Shown here one piece after another: positions 37,225 to 48,419 of a stretch of 64,000 bases of DNA. The position numbers and the translations under genes are program-made. Under the pieces are notes generated by a model, which ran no database searches, was not told where the DNA came from, and saw only the letters and a program-made list of their open reading frames with translations. The number at the start of each line of letters is the position of its first letter. Within the stretch, counting starts at the first letter, position 1. The stretch is from sequence record MT133560.1; one strand, given 5' to 3'.

Positions 37225-38298
37225 ATGTCGAATAAGCTCATTGTACTTGATACGCGCCACCAAGAAAAAGCAATATACGATTTACTAGGTCAGCTTACAG
37301 CTTCAGCTTCAATTGATGAAGCGATTGGGGTGAAATTGAGTAAAGATGTGGCTCAACAGTTTTTACATCTAATGGTTGAAAATATAGTAGAGAGTTTAGT
37401 TTCATATAAAACAGCCAAAGACCAGTACACCAATCTTAAGATGGCAGCAGCTATTTTTAATTGTGCTGTAACTGACGTAGATAGTAATAAAGTTGCTTGG
37501 GTAGAAAATCTAATGAAACTACCTTATCTAGAAACTATCTATCTAGATATCTATAAACAAGTAGCTAAATATATCGATAGTGGTACATGGATCCAATGGG
37601 ATGTAGTTAAAGCTGGTTCAGTTATAACTTTAATCAGTGGCAAAGATTATCGTATCGCGGAATATGATCGTGTCCATGGGATTGATAATGGTGATGATCA
37701 TGCAGTGGTATCACTTAACCTACTGAACCCATTAAACTATTTATTTAGTGAATTTCTCCGTACATTCTTCCATGGCTTTGACAGAATTAATTTACAAACA
37801 CTAGGTTATAGTATCTACGAATCTAGGCGTAAAACTCAGCTATCTCTTGCTAATGGTGGTAGCTATACTTTAAATAAAGACCACATCACCACTAACCATG
37901 CATATAACATCGCAGTAGAATATATTCAAGAACAGTTAACTGCATTACTTATTGGTGTAATTGTTAAACAATATAGTAATATTAAAGTATCTTATCTAAT
38001 ACCTAAGGTTAACCATGATTTCTTTGCAAGTTTAGGACTTGATAATTTATTACTATTTGAAGAGAAATATATTAGCCCTCTAGTTAGTTCTATTAACATG
38101 GCATATTTTTCAACCAGAATTGAGCATGACGTTAAGTATGAACTAGAGTATCATAGCTATGTAATTTCTGTATACAAGAATAAGAATGCAACTTATCCTA
38201 TTGAGAAATTAGTATTTGAATATCAACGTGGTGATTATTTACCTGATGATCAGCGAGCGCAAGCTGAGCGATACATTTTAGAAAATAATCTATACTAA
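37225..38298 (+). CDS. hypothetical protein (small-gene array, possibly two-domain)
   Basis: 357-aa ORF with GGAG RBS. Confidence 0.8.
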   Translation: MSNKLIVLDTRHQEKAIYDLLGQLTASASIDEAIGVKLSKDVAQQFLHLMVENIVESLVSYKTAKDQYTNLKMAAAIFNCAVTDVDSNKVAWVENLMKLPYLETIYLDIYKQVAKYIDSGTWIQWDVVKAGSVITLISGKDYRIAEYDRVHGIDNGDDHAVVSLNLLNPLNYLFSEFLRTFFHGFDRINLQTLGYSIYESRRKTQLSLANGGSYTLNKDHITTNHAYNIAVEYIQEQLTALLIGVIVKQYSNIKVSYLIPKVNHDFFASLGLDNLLLFEEKYISPLVSSINMAYFSTRIEHDVKYELEYHSYVISVYKNKNATYPIEKLVFEYQRGDYLPDDQRAQAERYILENNLY

Positions 38299-38347
38299 AT
38301 AAAGCCCTCCTTATGGGGGGCTTTATACCGATTATAAGGTTTTTATA

Positions 38348-38737
38348 ATGAACATATCTAATGATAAAGACACATCAATGTGTATCAGAATGGAAGTAAG
38401 ATCTTTTGTACAAGATCAACATTCTGATATTTGGAAATCTATAAAAAATAGTATTGGTGCAGAATATGCATTAACAATTGTATTGGCAGCAGCGTCTGAG
38501 AGGGCATCGGGTAGCACATCTAATGATGTCATAGAACTAATTAATCAGATGCTGGGTTATAGGGATATTTGTGATATTGATTTAACAACTTATCTGTATA
38601 ATTGTTCTAACCGGGTAGTTCTACCATCAGCTGGTAACATCCAGTTAAATAGGGTTATTTATGATACTGAGAAACCAGAAGATCTATACGTCACCATTAC
38701 CCACACCACAACCTCGTTTTTTACTAAGAGCGACTAA
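38348..38737 (+). CDS. hypothetical protein (small-gene array)
   Basis: 129-aa ORF. Confidence 0.7.
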   Translation: MNISNDKDTSMCIRMEVRSFVQDQHSDIWKSIKNSIGAEYALTIVLAAASERASGSTSNDVIELINQMLGYRDICDIDLTTYLYNCSNRVVLPSAGNIQLNRVIYDTEKPEDLYVTITHTTTSFFTKSD

Positions 38738-39113
38738 AAGTAAACTTATTAAAGATGATAACTATCTAAGATTTGTATTGGACTTTTTAGATATTAGTTA
38801 TATCGAAGCAATGCATTTGCTTGTTGCATTGGCAGAACAGAAGCTTATGCAAATGGTCGTTAAAGAAGAAATGTTCTATGAATATGCTAAAGACATTCAT
38901 TTCATGCATAAACTAATAGAACTTCTCGATGAGGGTGCTGAGCAGATCATGCACCTCATTCCAACAAATACTAAGGAACTGTGGTATGAAACAGAAGCAC
39001 GAGATGGATTGTACATCGGAGGAAGTACAACGTCTGGTATATGTATTGCCAATCGAAGTGGTATTCCCACAATTAATCACATTGATAAAGAAATTTACTT
39101 ACCTAACAAATAA
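38661..39113 (+). CDS. hypothetical protein (small-gene array)
   Basis: 150-aa ORF overlapping both neighbours. Confidence 0.65.
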   Translation: MILRNQKIYTSPLPTPQPRFLLRATKSKLIKDDNYLRFVLDFLDISYIEAMHLLVALAEQKLMQMVVKEEMFYEYAKDIHFMHKLIELLDEGAEQIMHLIPTNTKELWYETEARDGLYIGGSTTSGICIANRSGIPTINHIDKEIYLPNK

Positions 39114-39444
39114 AGATGAAGCTACAGTCATCGTCTTATTAACTCAATGGGTTGTTAAGATGATGTCTAAATTACAACAGGATAATACGGTTATTCCTTT
39201 TGTGGATATATCAATACAACTAGGAAATGGTCCAGATTGGGATGAGTTCATTAATTTGTTCTATACAACTGGAATCCAATTACTACATAGAACACCGAAG
39301 AATTTAATAGACTATAAGTTCATTAGTGTAATAGATAACAAAGTTGTTCTATTAACTATAGTCACTGGTAAAGAGTGGAGTCAATATGCAATTGTTGCTA
39401 ATTTTGAAACCGCGTTCTTTTACGGAAGAGCTAGGTGTAGATGA
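39004..39444 (+). CDS. hypothetical protein (small-gene array)
   Basis: in-frame ATG 39004 preferred over the track start 38929. Confidence 0.6.
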   Translation: MDCTSEEVQRLVYVLPIEVVFPQLITLIKKFTYLTNKDEATVIVLLTQWVVKMMSKLQQDNTVIPFVDISIQLGNGPDWDEFINLFYTTGIQLLHRTPKNLIDYKFISVIDNKVVLLTIVTGKEWSQYAIVANFETAFFYGRARCR

Positions 39445-39820
39445 ACCGACTGACTTTGTACTGTGGTGTATCAATAGACTTCTAGCAGCATATGTAGAAT
39501 ACTTTAACCACTGGCAGAGATTAGATTGGCCTACCTTTTTAGAGCAATGGTTAGAAGATTACTTAAGCGATACCTATATAGAACCAGATAGACCGATGAG
39601 CATGATGGTATTTGATCATCAGGGAAATCCTAATACTATCAATTGGCACTTAAGATCTGCTGAGATTATCGAAAGGGTATTGGATTTATTTGGAACTGAT
39701 TTCTTAGAGATAATCCAAAAACAAGTTATTCAAGCAGGTAATCTTATTACTAGTCTTAAATGTATAGAAGTAGATAAATATAAGATGGTAACTAAATTAG
39801 TTATGAGGTCTCAAACATGA
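39386..39820 (+). CDS. hypothetical protein (small-gene array)
   Basis: 144-aa ORF. Confidence 0.7.
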   Translation: MQLLLILKPRSFTEELGVDEPTDFVLWCINRLLAAYVEYFNHWQRLDWPTFLEQWLEDYLSDTYIEPDRPMSMMVFDHQGNPNTINWHLRSAEIIERVLDLFGTDFLEIIQKQVIQAGNLITSLKCIEVDKYKMVTKLVMRSQT

Positions 39821-40353
39821 TGCATCCACTTCTTTATAGACAACAAGAAATGCAGCGGATAAATGATGCTAATAACATAACTCCAGGCCAACAAGGAATG
39901 ACGAGTTTCGTAGTTATTAACATCAGTGATATCTGGCCCATTGTTAATAAAATGGCTGATGTAGTTGTCAATAAGTCTTACAATACTCCTTACCCATATA
40001 CTGAACACCAATCTATAGAACAGTTATGGTATCAGGCGATTAATGCATATATTGAATTTCTAGCACAACAGCCTACTCAACCAATTATAGGGGTTGACTA
40101 TTATTTACAAGAATACTTTCCATCAGTAGCGCCTGTGATTATGCAAGATAAATATGCATTGAGTATTCTTAATATGTGGTTTGCAGCTGTGTGTAAAACA
40201 CTGGCTAGTAAACTACAATCTGAAATAGCGTATCTTTATCAGAATGGATATGGTGTAGAAAGAATCCAATCAATAGCAGTTGATCAACATAATCAAGGTT
40301 ATATTCTAGAAGGTGAAGACTTTGGTATGGACTGCTACAATGATGTGGATTAA
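39817..40353 (+). CDS. hypothetical protein (gp47 position, possible nuclear-import accessory factor)
   Basis: 178-aa ORF; positional inference only. Confidence 0.7.
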   Translation: MMHPLLYRQQEMQRINDANNITPGQQGMTSFVVINISDIWPIVNKMADVVVNKSYNTPYPYTEHQSIEQLWYQAINAYIEFLAQQPTQPIIGVDYYLQEYFPSVAPVIMQDKYALSILNMWFAAVCKTLASKLQSEIAYLYQNGYGVERIQSIAVDQHNQGYILEGEDFGMDCYNDVD

Positions 40354-40425
40354 GTGACACATATTAACAATTGACGTAAATAGGAAAGCCTATCGGTTCA
40401 CATAGGCTTCCTACTAGGAACCGAT

Positions 40426-40809
40426 ATGGAAAAACGAGTATTTATCGTATTTAAATCTAAAGAGTCAGAAATATATTCGCAACATTTGCTTCGTGAATAT
40501 ACAAAACGAATGATATATCCAGATTGTCCAACACCACTTGATTTATTTGAAGAATCACGTAAGTTAAGTTATATGGATACGCTTAATAATGACATATATA
40601 TCCATATGCTGATGTATGGACATGACTCATTTGATGATCCTGACGAAGATATTGAGTTAGAGAATTATTCTACTAAAGGATATGTTATTGAATATTGTAC
40701 CGACTTTATCAATAGCTTTAAAGAAAAATATCCAAATGGACATGTATTAATTACAGTGCCAATGGATACAAAAGGTCTGTTTGGTGTAGTTGTATTACTA
40801 GATGAGTAA
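40426..40809 (+). CDS. hypothetical protein (gp48 position, possible nuclear-import accessory factor)
   Basis: 127-aa ORF; positional inference only. Confidence 0.7.
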   Translation: MEKRVFIVFKSKESEIYSQHLLREYTKRMIYPDCPTPLDLFEESRKLSYMDTLNNDIYIHMLMYGHDSFDDPDEDIELENYSTKGYVIEYCTDFINSFKEKYPNGHVLITVPMDTKGLFGVVVLLDE

Positions 40810-40834
40810 TACCCTATGTAACCAACTATTTTAG

Positions 40835-41260
<426 letters not shown>

Positions 41261-41264
41261 CTAT

Positions 41265-41290
41265 AAAGGAGCCATTATGGCTCCTTTTAT
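41265..41290 (+). terminator. intrinsic terminator
   Basis: aaaggagcca-tta-tggctccttt. Confidence 0.8.
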
Positions 41291-41460
41291 GTTGTATTAT
41301 TTTTACTTGCTTACATCATCTAATGTGAATGTAAGTTGATGTGCTACCTCTCAATTTAGGGTGCCCGTATAGGGTACCCATTCTTTCCTTTTCTTTTTTA
41401 GTTAAAGAGAGAGAAATCATTCACTATAATTAAAAATAAGTATACTGAGAGATATGTGAA

Positions 41461-43656
41461 ATGACCGCATTTGCCCAACCAAATCCGTTTTTAAAAGATG
41501 TCAATGATTACCATCGTGATATTGATATCATTAATGCATGTCTTGATGATAATGCCAAATATATTCAATTAATGACAAAAGATGAATTAAATATTAGTTT
41601 AGAAGAATGTAAAGAATTTGTTAAAGAACAATTACGTCAAAATGGCGAATATGCACTTCGTAATCCATTAGCAACTATTCTAGATAAAAATAAGTTTGGT
41701 GATAGGGAATTAAAGACGGTTTCATTTATGGCTTTTCTTAACCGTGTTAAGAAACAGAATCTATTATTATCTCCATCAATGACCGCATATTTACCAGAGT
41801 CTGTTAGACAGTCTACGCACTCCATCTATATTGCCGAAGGTGTGAAAAACCGTAAGCGTGTTAAAGGTGAACAGATGCAGGCTGAACGTGAAGCAGCTGC
41901 TTTCCTACAGGCCGGCGATAAAGAGAATTCACAAATTAAAACAGAACTTGCACAAGTACGTAAAGGCGAGCAAGAAAACTTCAAAATTAACAATAACTCA
42001 TATTCAGGCGGTACTGTATCTGCTGCCACTATTCTTTATTATAAGTCCACACACTCTAGTTTAACATCTACCTGTAGAACTGGTACCTCTTATGCTAACT
42101 CAAATAATGAAAAATTCATTATGGGTAATAGGCATTATTATACTCCAGAAATCACAAAAGCTAATTTAGTAAACACTATTAATGTAGCTGATATGGAGTT
42201 AATTCAAAAAGCAGTAACTAATTTTAATCTACATTGCCCAACGCCAGAAGAAGTAGTTGATATGGTTCTTTATTCAACTAAACACTATTGGCAAAATAAG
42301 TACTACACGGCGCAGATTTTAAAACTAGCTACTGGGATGACACCAGTCGAACGAGCAGCAGTTATGTACGTAGGTGATCTATATCACTTATATAAATACA
42401 ATAAAGAATTAATCAAGAGCTTTCTAATTAAATTAAGCCAGGTTGGAACAAAAGAACAAATCATCACTGAAGAAGAATATTCAACTTATGATGGTGATAT
42501 GGATCTATTGGCTAGCTTTATTTGCTTTGATACTGTTAAAGGTCGATCTAAAGCTAAACTAAAAGAGTCAGATCCAGATACATTAAACCAAGTTTATGCC
42601 ACTGGTCGAAATATCGCTGAAACTCTTAATGAATATCGTCTATTGATTGAAGCTTTCTTCTTGACTAAATGTGTACCATCAAGCATTCATGCTTTTCCAA
42701 CTGTGTATAGACGAGCTGCTGTTATTTCAGATACTGACTCCACTATGTTTACATTACAATGGTGGGTTGAGGAATTCTTTGGTAAAGTAACTTTTAGCAA
42801 TGAAGCTAAGCGACTAGTATTCGCACTAGTGTTTCTAGTGTCTGAAGTAGTTATGCATATCTTGGCGATTCAATCCGCTAATATGGGTGTATCTAAAGAT
42901 AAGCTTCGTCTATTTGCAATGAAGAACGAATATTATTTCGCAGTACTGGCCTTAACTACTCGTTCTAAACATTACTTTGCATCACAGGATGCCCAAGAAG
43001 GGGTAATGTTTAATGAGTCACGAATGGAGATCAAGGGTGTAGGACTAAGGGATAGTAAAGTACCTAAGAAGATTAATAGTCGTGCTAAAACACTCATGGA
43101 AGATATCATTAAAACTGTAAAGACTGAAGAGAAAATCGACTTGGCTTCAATTCTAAAAGAAGTTGGTGATATCGAAAGAGAAATTATTGAGTCTGTTAGA
43201 AGTGGTAAAGCTGAGTATCTGACAAGTGGTCAAACTAAACGACCTGAGTCTTATAAATCTGAAGATAACTCAACCCATAAAAAGGGATTAGTGTGGAAGA
43301 CTGTATTTGCTCCATCATTTGGTGACGCTGGTGATCCACCTTATTCACATGTAAAGATCTCAGTTACTCTTAATAATAAAACTGCGATCAAAGAATGGAT
43401 TGATGGTATCGAAGATAAGAAATTAGCTGCTCGTATTCAAGCATGGGTTACTGAAGAAAATAAAACCAGTATTGGTGATTTCCATATCCCGAGTACAGTA
43501 GTAGAAACTGGTCGTATTCCAGAAGTTATTACGCGTGTTGCTGACGTTAGAACTATCATTGGAAATACTATGGGTGTATTCTATCTAACCTTAGAGTCCC
43601 TAGGTATTTTCCTTATTGATAAAAATAACGATCGACTCATCTCCGACTTCTATTAA
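41461..43656 (+). CDS. family B DNA polymerase, polymerase-domain subunit of a split enzyme (gp50-like)
   Basis: motif B FKINNNSYSG and motif C ISDTDS; no exonuclease domain seen in this ORF. Confidence 0.9.
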   Translation: MTAFAQPNPFLKDVNDYHRDIDIINACLDDNAKYIQLMTKDELNISLEECKEFVKEQLRQNGEYALRNPLATILDKNKFGDRELKTVSFMAFLNRVKKQNLLLSPSMTAYLPESVRQSTHSIYIAEGVKNRKRVKGEQMQAEREAAAFLQAGDKENSQIKTELAQVRKGEQENFKINNNSYSGGTVSAATILYYKSTHSSLTSTCRTGTSYANSNNEKFIMGNRHYYTPEITKANLVNTINVADMELIQKAVTNFNLHCPTPEEVVDMVLYSTKHYWQNKYYTAQILKLATGMTPVERAAVMYVGDLYHLYKYNKELIKSFLIKLSQVGTKEQIITEEEYSTYDGDMDLLASFICFDTVKGRSKAKLKESDPDTLNQVYATGRNIAETLNEYRLLIEAFFLTKCVPSSIHAFPTVYRRAAVISDTDSTMFTLQWWVEEFFGKVTFSNEAKRLVFALVFLVSEVVMHILAIQSANMGVSKDKLRLFAMKNEYYFAVLALTTRSKHYFASQDAQEGVMFNESRMEIKGVGLRDSKVPKKINSRAKTLMEDIIKTVKTEEKIDLASILKEVGDIEREIIESVRSGKAEYLTSGQTKRPESYKSEDNSTHKKGLVWKTVFAPSFGDAGDPPYSHVKISVTLNNKTAIKEWIDGIEDKKLAARIQAWVTEENKTSIGDFHIPSTVVETGRIPEVITRVADVRTIIGNTMGVFYLTLESLGIFLIDKNNDRLISDFY

Positions 43657-43754
43657 GAAATATAGCCTCCCCTAGTGGGAAGCTTATATACTAAAAAATA
43701 ATTAAGATTTATATAGTCTGATTGCCAATTACTAACTTAATATGGTTCAATATA

Positions 43755-43931
43755 ATGACAAATCATACCGAATTTAATTTTGACTTAGATCGGATGAAGA
43801 AGGCAATTAATAGCGGCACTATCACATTACCAACAGTACCATCGGGATTAACTCGTGAAGAGAAACGAGCTTTTATCCGAAAATATATTAAAGATAAATT
43901 AAAAGAGGTAGATGATAATGGAAAAGACTAA
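43755..43931 (+). CDS. small conserved phage protein
   Basis: FDLDRMKKAINSG...GLTREEKRAFI pattern; ATG 43755 follows a promoter-like motif. Confidence 0.65.
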   Translation: MTNHTEFNFDLDRMKKAINSGTITLPTVPSGLTREEKRAFIRKYIKDKLKEVDDNGKD

Positions 43932-44637
43932 TGAAGTTCGTGTAATCACTTGGAATGATTATAGTAAATTAGTAAATGATAATCGTATTAGGATCCATGG
44001 ATTAGCCCCTGATGATTCCACCAAAGCAACAGCCTATGTTCTTTTGGATGATGGTACTGAGGAATTGGTATATGTAACTTATTCTAATGAATTAAAAGAA
44101 GCTGATGTTACTACTGAAACAACTGCAATTACTAGTGATAAAAGTTCACTAGATGATGTTCAACCAATTGGTTTAATTACCTCTAATAACGAACCACCAA
44201 AGTTAAATAGTCTAAATGACTATATCGATGAATTCAATTGGCACTCAAGTGCTGACAATGATTACAATAATGTCTCACTTGAATTAATGCTAAATACCCA
44301 TCATACAACTCTTTGGGAATGTGATAATATTCTAGTAAAAGACGTAACTATTAAACAAGCTCTTAAAGAAGGTGTTGATAAACAACTTATTAATACTGAT
44401 AGTTCATTCGATGAACTGGTTACGCATCTAAGGCTAACTGCTAAAACTATTATGGATCCATTAGATGAAATGGATAATGGAGTTAAAAGCAGTGACCAAG
44501 CTGTAGTTGATCAATTACTAAATCATGACCGTCGACCAGGTAAGTTTAGTAATAAAATGCTATTGCCAGCTATCCCAGGAATTAACCGAGCTGAACGTAG
44601 AAAATTACTTTCTAAAATGAAGAAAGGTAATTTCTAA
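43912..44637 (+). CDS. hypothetical protein
   Basis: 241-aa ORF with C-terminal NRAERR. Confidence 0.75.
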   Translation: MIMEKTNEVRVITWNDYSKLVNDNRIRIHGLAPDDSTKATAYVLLDDGTEELVYVTYSNELKEADVTTETTAITSDKSSLDDVQPIGLITSNNEPPKLNSLNDYIDEFNWHSSADNDYNNVSLELMLNTHHTTLWECDNILVKDVTIKQALKEGVDKQLINTDSSFDELVTHLRLTAKTIMDPLDEMDNGVKSSDQAVVDQLLNHDRRPGKFSNKMLLPAIPGINRAERRKLLSKMKKGNF

Positions 44638-44648
44638 TAAAACGGCAT

Positions 44649-44679
44649 ATAACCCCCTCCAATTTAGGAGGGGGTTTAT
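44649..44679. terminator. bidirectional terminator
   Basis: aaccccctcc/ggagggggtt between convergent genes. Confidence 0.75.
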
Positions 44680-44680
44680 G

Positions 44681-45772
44681 TCACATTTCTTTTCTTTTAA
44701 GTGCATCTATCATCCAATCAACTTGTGCCTGTTGAGCTTTTACAAACTCGCTATTTGCTTGTTGCTTAAATGCTTGATCATTAGATGCTTCTATAAGATC
44801 AATTAATACAGCGTTAACAGAAGATTGATCATAACCAGTGTTCTTTAAAAGCTGTCCTACAAGATACTTAATGAAGGGTGTGCGAGCCAATACATAAGCC
44901 CATTCATTATTCCTATTAATAGGTTCTCGTGGGAGTCGCATCATATCGAACAAATTAGATTGTACGATAGCTGGTGTTATCCATGATAAACCTTCCATGT
45001 CTACACCCTTTAATATGGATTCTCTATTGATAGTTGTACATAGTTTATCAATACGTGGATTCATATCAGTGATGTAAAATGGATGCGGTATAGGGAATGT
45101 TGGATTTTTAATATCTAAAGCATTCCTTGCTAACCTGTTAAAGAAAGAAATATCTAAATAAGAGTCAACCATATTTGGCAATACAAATGATCCTATAAAC
45201 CTATATGTATCTTCAACTTCATCAGGATTCTTCTCAACTTGCCATCGATACCAGTAACGGTACATCACAAGAAGCATTGGTATATTTACTAGAGTTACAC
45301 CATAGCCTCTACCCTGCGTGGTATTGTTCATGATAGGTAAATTAGTATCAGTACGTGTATGATACAGATACGTAACAGGGGAAAGTTTATACCATGTTTT
45401 ATTTAGATCTTTTAGATCAAAGCTCTCTGATGTGGATACTAAAACTTCTTCAGTCTGAGGGCCAAGTGTAACACCACCTACATGAACCTTACCTTTATTT
45501 AAAGATGATGTAATACCAAATGAACGAATAATAGCACGTGAACGATCGTCCACGTTCTTTATAAAAGTAGCATCATCACTTAGTAACTCTACGTTAAAAT
45601 GTCGAATCATTTGTGCTAATATATTTTTAGATTCAACATACTTCGGTGCCCGTCTATAATAACTTTTAACGTCCCTAATTTGCTCAGCGTAGATTCGTCG
45701 GATATAATGGATGTTAGGATCAACCACCTGCCCCAATTTACGTGACGGAGCATTCTTAAATAAATTATACAT
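44681..45772 (-). CDS. conserved virion protein (gp52-like)
   Basis: 363-aa ORF at a conserved position. Confidence 0.75.
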   Translation of the reverse strand: MYNLFKNAPSRKLGQVVDPNIHYIRRIYAEQIRDVKSYYRRAPKYVESKNILAQMIRHFNVELLSDDATFIKNVDDRSRAIIRSFGITSSLNKGKVHVGGVTLGPQTEEVLVSTSESFDLKDLNKTWYKLSPVTYLYHTRTDTNLPIMNNTTQGRGYGVTLVNIPMLLVMYRYWYRWQVEKNPDEVEDTYRFIGSFVLPNMVDSYLDISFFNRLARNALDIKNPTFPIPHPFYITDMNPRIDKLCTTINRESILKGVDMEGLSWITPAIVQSNLFDMMRLPREPINRNNEWAYVLARTPFIKYLVGQLLKNTGYDQSSVNAVLIDLIEASNDQAFKQQANSEFVKAQQAQVDWMIDALKRKEM

Positions 45773-45853
45773 GGTTATTATCCGATTAAAAATTAATTGA
45801 GATCTATATCATAGTTTGGTAACAACAGTAGTAATTACAAATAGGAATATACA

Positions 45854-46219
45854 ATGGCTAAAAATAATGTTGAAGACCCGCCACTATATTTAGGTAATAA
45901 CAAAGATCTTACCGTATACATGACTAGCAAAGAAATTGTAGTTAACTTTTTCAATGTAGAGCGTAGAGTTAAGATAGATCCTAATGACCCCAATCCATTA
46001 GCAACTGCTACTAAACTCCATGAGGAATTAGTTAAGCTATTAGTCGCGCATCGATTTGGTAGTGTAGTTAAAGTAAATGAAACATCTGCTTCAGCACATT
46101 CACCATTTGTTGCTAAATTTGACACAACTGATAATAATAAAGTTGATCCAGTTAGTAAACTATACAAACTGTACCATTCTCTTTTTGGAACAGTTCGTAA
46201 ATATATGCAAAGTAAATGA
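45854..46219 (+). CDS. hypothetical protein (gp53-like)
   Basis: 121-aa ORF with AGGA RBS. Confidence 0.75.
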   Translation: MAKNNVEDPPLYLGNNKDLTVYMTSKEIVVNFFNVERRVKIDPNDPNPLATATKLHEELVKLLVAHRFGSVVKVNETSASAHSPFVAKFDTTDNNKVDPVSKLYKLYHSLFGTVRKYMQSK

Positions 46220-46435
46220 TAACTGCATTTTATAAAAATACTGATAGTTATTATTTAATACAGGACTGACGTAAATTAGTTTCTGGATTCAAACTTTATA
46301 CCCATAAACTCAAAAAAGAAGATATGGAAATTGTAAAATGAAAAATAAATAATACTCAGATTGTAATAATATGTAGTGAACATAGTGTTCGTTACGATCT
46401 GCTGATAGCAGATTATAGCGTCTATGTTGTAATGA

Positions 46436-46462
46436 AAAAAATTTGAGATTTATATTACTAAA
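46436..46462 (+). promoter_or_regulatory. chimallin promoter (TATATTAC at 46451-46458)
   Basis: aaaaaaatttgagatt-TATATTAC-taa, nearly identical to 60247-60274. Confidence 0.85.
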
Positions 46463-46530
46463 TTGAATCTAGTATACTAAGTACTTAGGTTCTTCTTGAT
46501 CAAGAAACCATAATCGTAAAGGTATTTAAA

Positions 46531-48411
46531 ATGGCTGTTAACGAAAACGAAATCGGCACCGTTCAAACTCAAGCTACTGCTCCTGCTCCGCAACCCACTG
46601 CACAGCGTCAAGCTCAACGTCCTACTGGCGCGCCTGGGTCTACTACTGGCATTAACCATCTAATGCGTCGCTCTGGTCGACTAGATGGCTCTGATGCTCG
46701 TTCAGCAGATGCCCTACAAGTATTCACTAAAGTAAAAGAAGAAGCAATCCGCCATCAGGACCTACCTGATGACTTCGATATCCATCGTTTCGATCGTGAT
46801 GCGCAACAAGTTGGTATGGCTGGTCTACTCATTGTTAAACTAGCTAAAGATATCAATGGTTCCATGAAGGCATTCGTTCGTACTCTAGTACTCGATAACC
46901 TACCTGGTACTCGCATCCGTCCCCGTACCCACAAAATCAACAATGGTCTAACCGACGACATCATTGAAGAGAAGGTACTACCGCGTGATGTATTCACTGC
47001 TCAATACTGGAGCAAGATCGGCGAGTTCCTACGGAACCGTTACAACATCCCTGGTCTAGAAGTACTATCTGCCGGTCCCCGTGCAGTGTATGCTGACTTC
47101 GACTTCAAAGATGAACTAGCTGTTAAGAACCTACTAGTTGAATCTGTTAACATCTGTGAAGATGCTATTGCACGTCGTAACAATGAGACTCCGTTCTCTA
47201 TTGCGACCCACATCAAAGCAGAAAACGAACAGCTTACCTGCAACCTAGACTACAATGGTATTCCGGTTAAAGATAGCTGTGGTAATCCGATCCGTTCTGA
47301 CATGGTCATCTCCACTAGCCGTGGTAAGAAAACCAACGTACCTGAGAACGAGTTCTATGATACCGATAGCCAGCTAAACCAAGTTAGTCTATTCGTAGAT
47401 CTACATTGGACTCCGACCACTGGCCAGCAACAAGGTATGTTTGGCGTAACTCTACCTGGTGCAGCTCTACCTCCGCAGTTCACTCCTTACATCGTTATCA
47501 CTGACGTTCGTAAGGCATCCTGGATCCAAGCATGGACTCTAGAAATGTGGCTGTTCGCGCTTGGTAACGCGTATCGTGCAACTGCATCTCAGGCATGGGC
47601 TCGTACTCTAATGCCGAAGATCGCTACTAGTAAGATGCGTGATATTGGTGCACTTGGTTATTACTCAGAGCTAGGTAAAGCGATTGAAACTCGCACCGAA
47701 GCATTCATGGCAGACGACAGCAACTTCGTAATGCTAATGAACAAGATGGTTAACCAGAACCCTGCATTCCAGATCGATATCGATCCAATGGGCGACAACT
47801 CAGCTATTGAGCAAGTCATCCTAGATGCAGCTGGTGGCGTAAACCAAGCTCGTGCAGTTAGCCTGATCTTCCAAGCTCTAACTAACCTATACGGCACTGA
47901 TTTCCGTCAGTTCTATAACCTAGCTGAAGCTGGTCCGATTATCTTTGACAACCATCATGAAGTAGACCTCGGTCACTACACTGATGAGCATGGCGAACTA
48001 AGCGACCGTCGTGATCTTGACGTTCTAGGTGCCATGAACATGTCTGAAGGTAATGACCAAGAGTGGAAGACCTGGTATGCTACTCAGGTAGGTAATGACC
48101 ACATTGTGCGTCGTATGAATAACAGTAAAGGCTTCGACAAGATGTACCTAGGTAACGTTACCTATACTGGTCGTGCTCGTCGTCTAACCTTTAACCCGAA
48201 ATTCATCACCGCAATGGATGCCGCAGCAGCAGCCGCTGGTGTAACTGTAACCATGGAAAACCTAATTACCAACTTCGGTCAACAGCGCTTCGCTGGTTAC
48301 ACCGGTATGGGTAACATGGCTGTTTCTGGTAGTGCACAAGTTGGTATGGCTGGCAGCATGGGTCAAACTTACGGCGCTCCTTCCTATAATGCACCGGGTA
48401 CCTGGTACTAA
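46531..48411 (+). CDS. chmA: chimallin, major phage-nucleus shell protein (gp54-like)
   Basis: 626 aa; sequence recalled as phiKZ chimallin; disordered termini; directly upstream of nvRNAP beta'. Confidence 0.93.
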
Positions 48412-48419
48412 TAGGAAAT

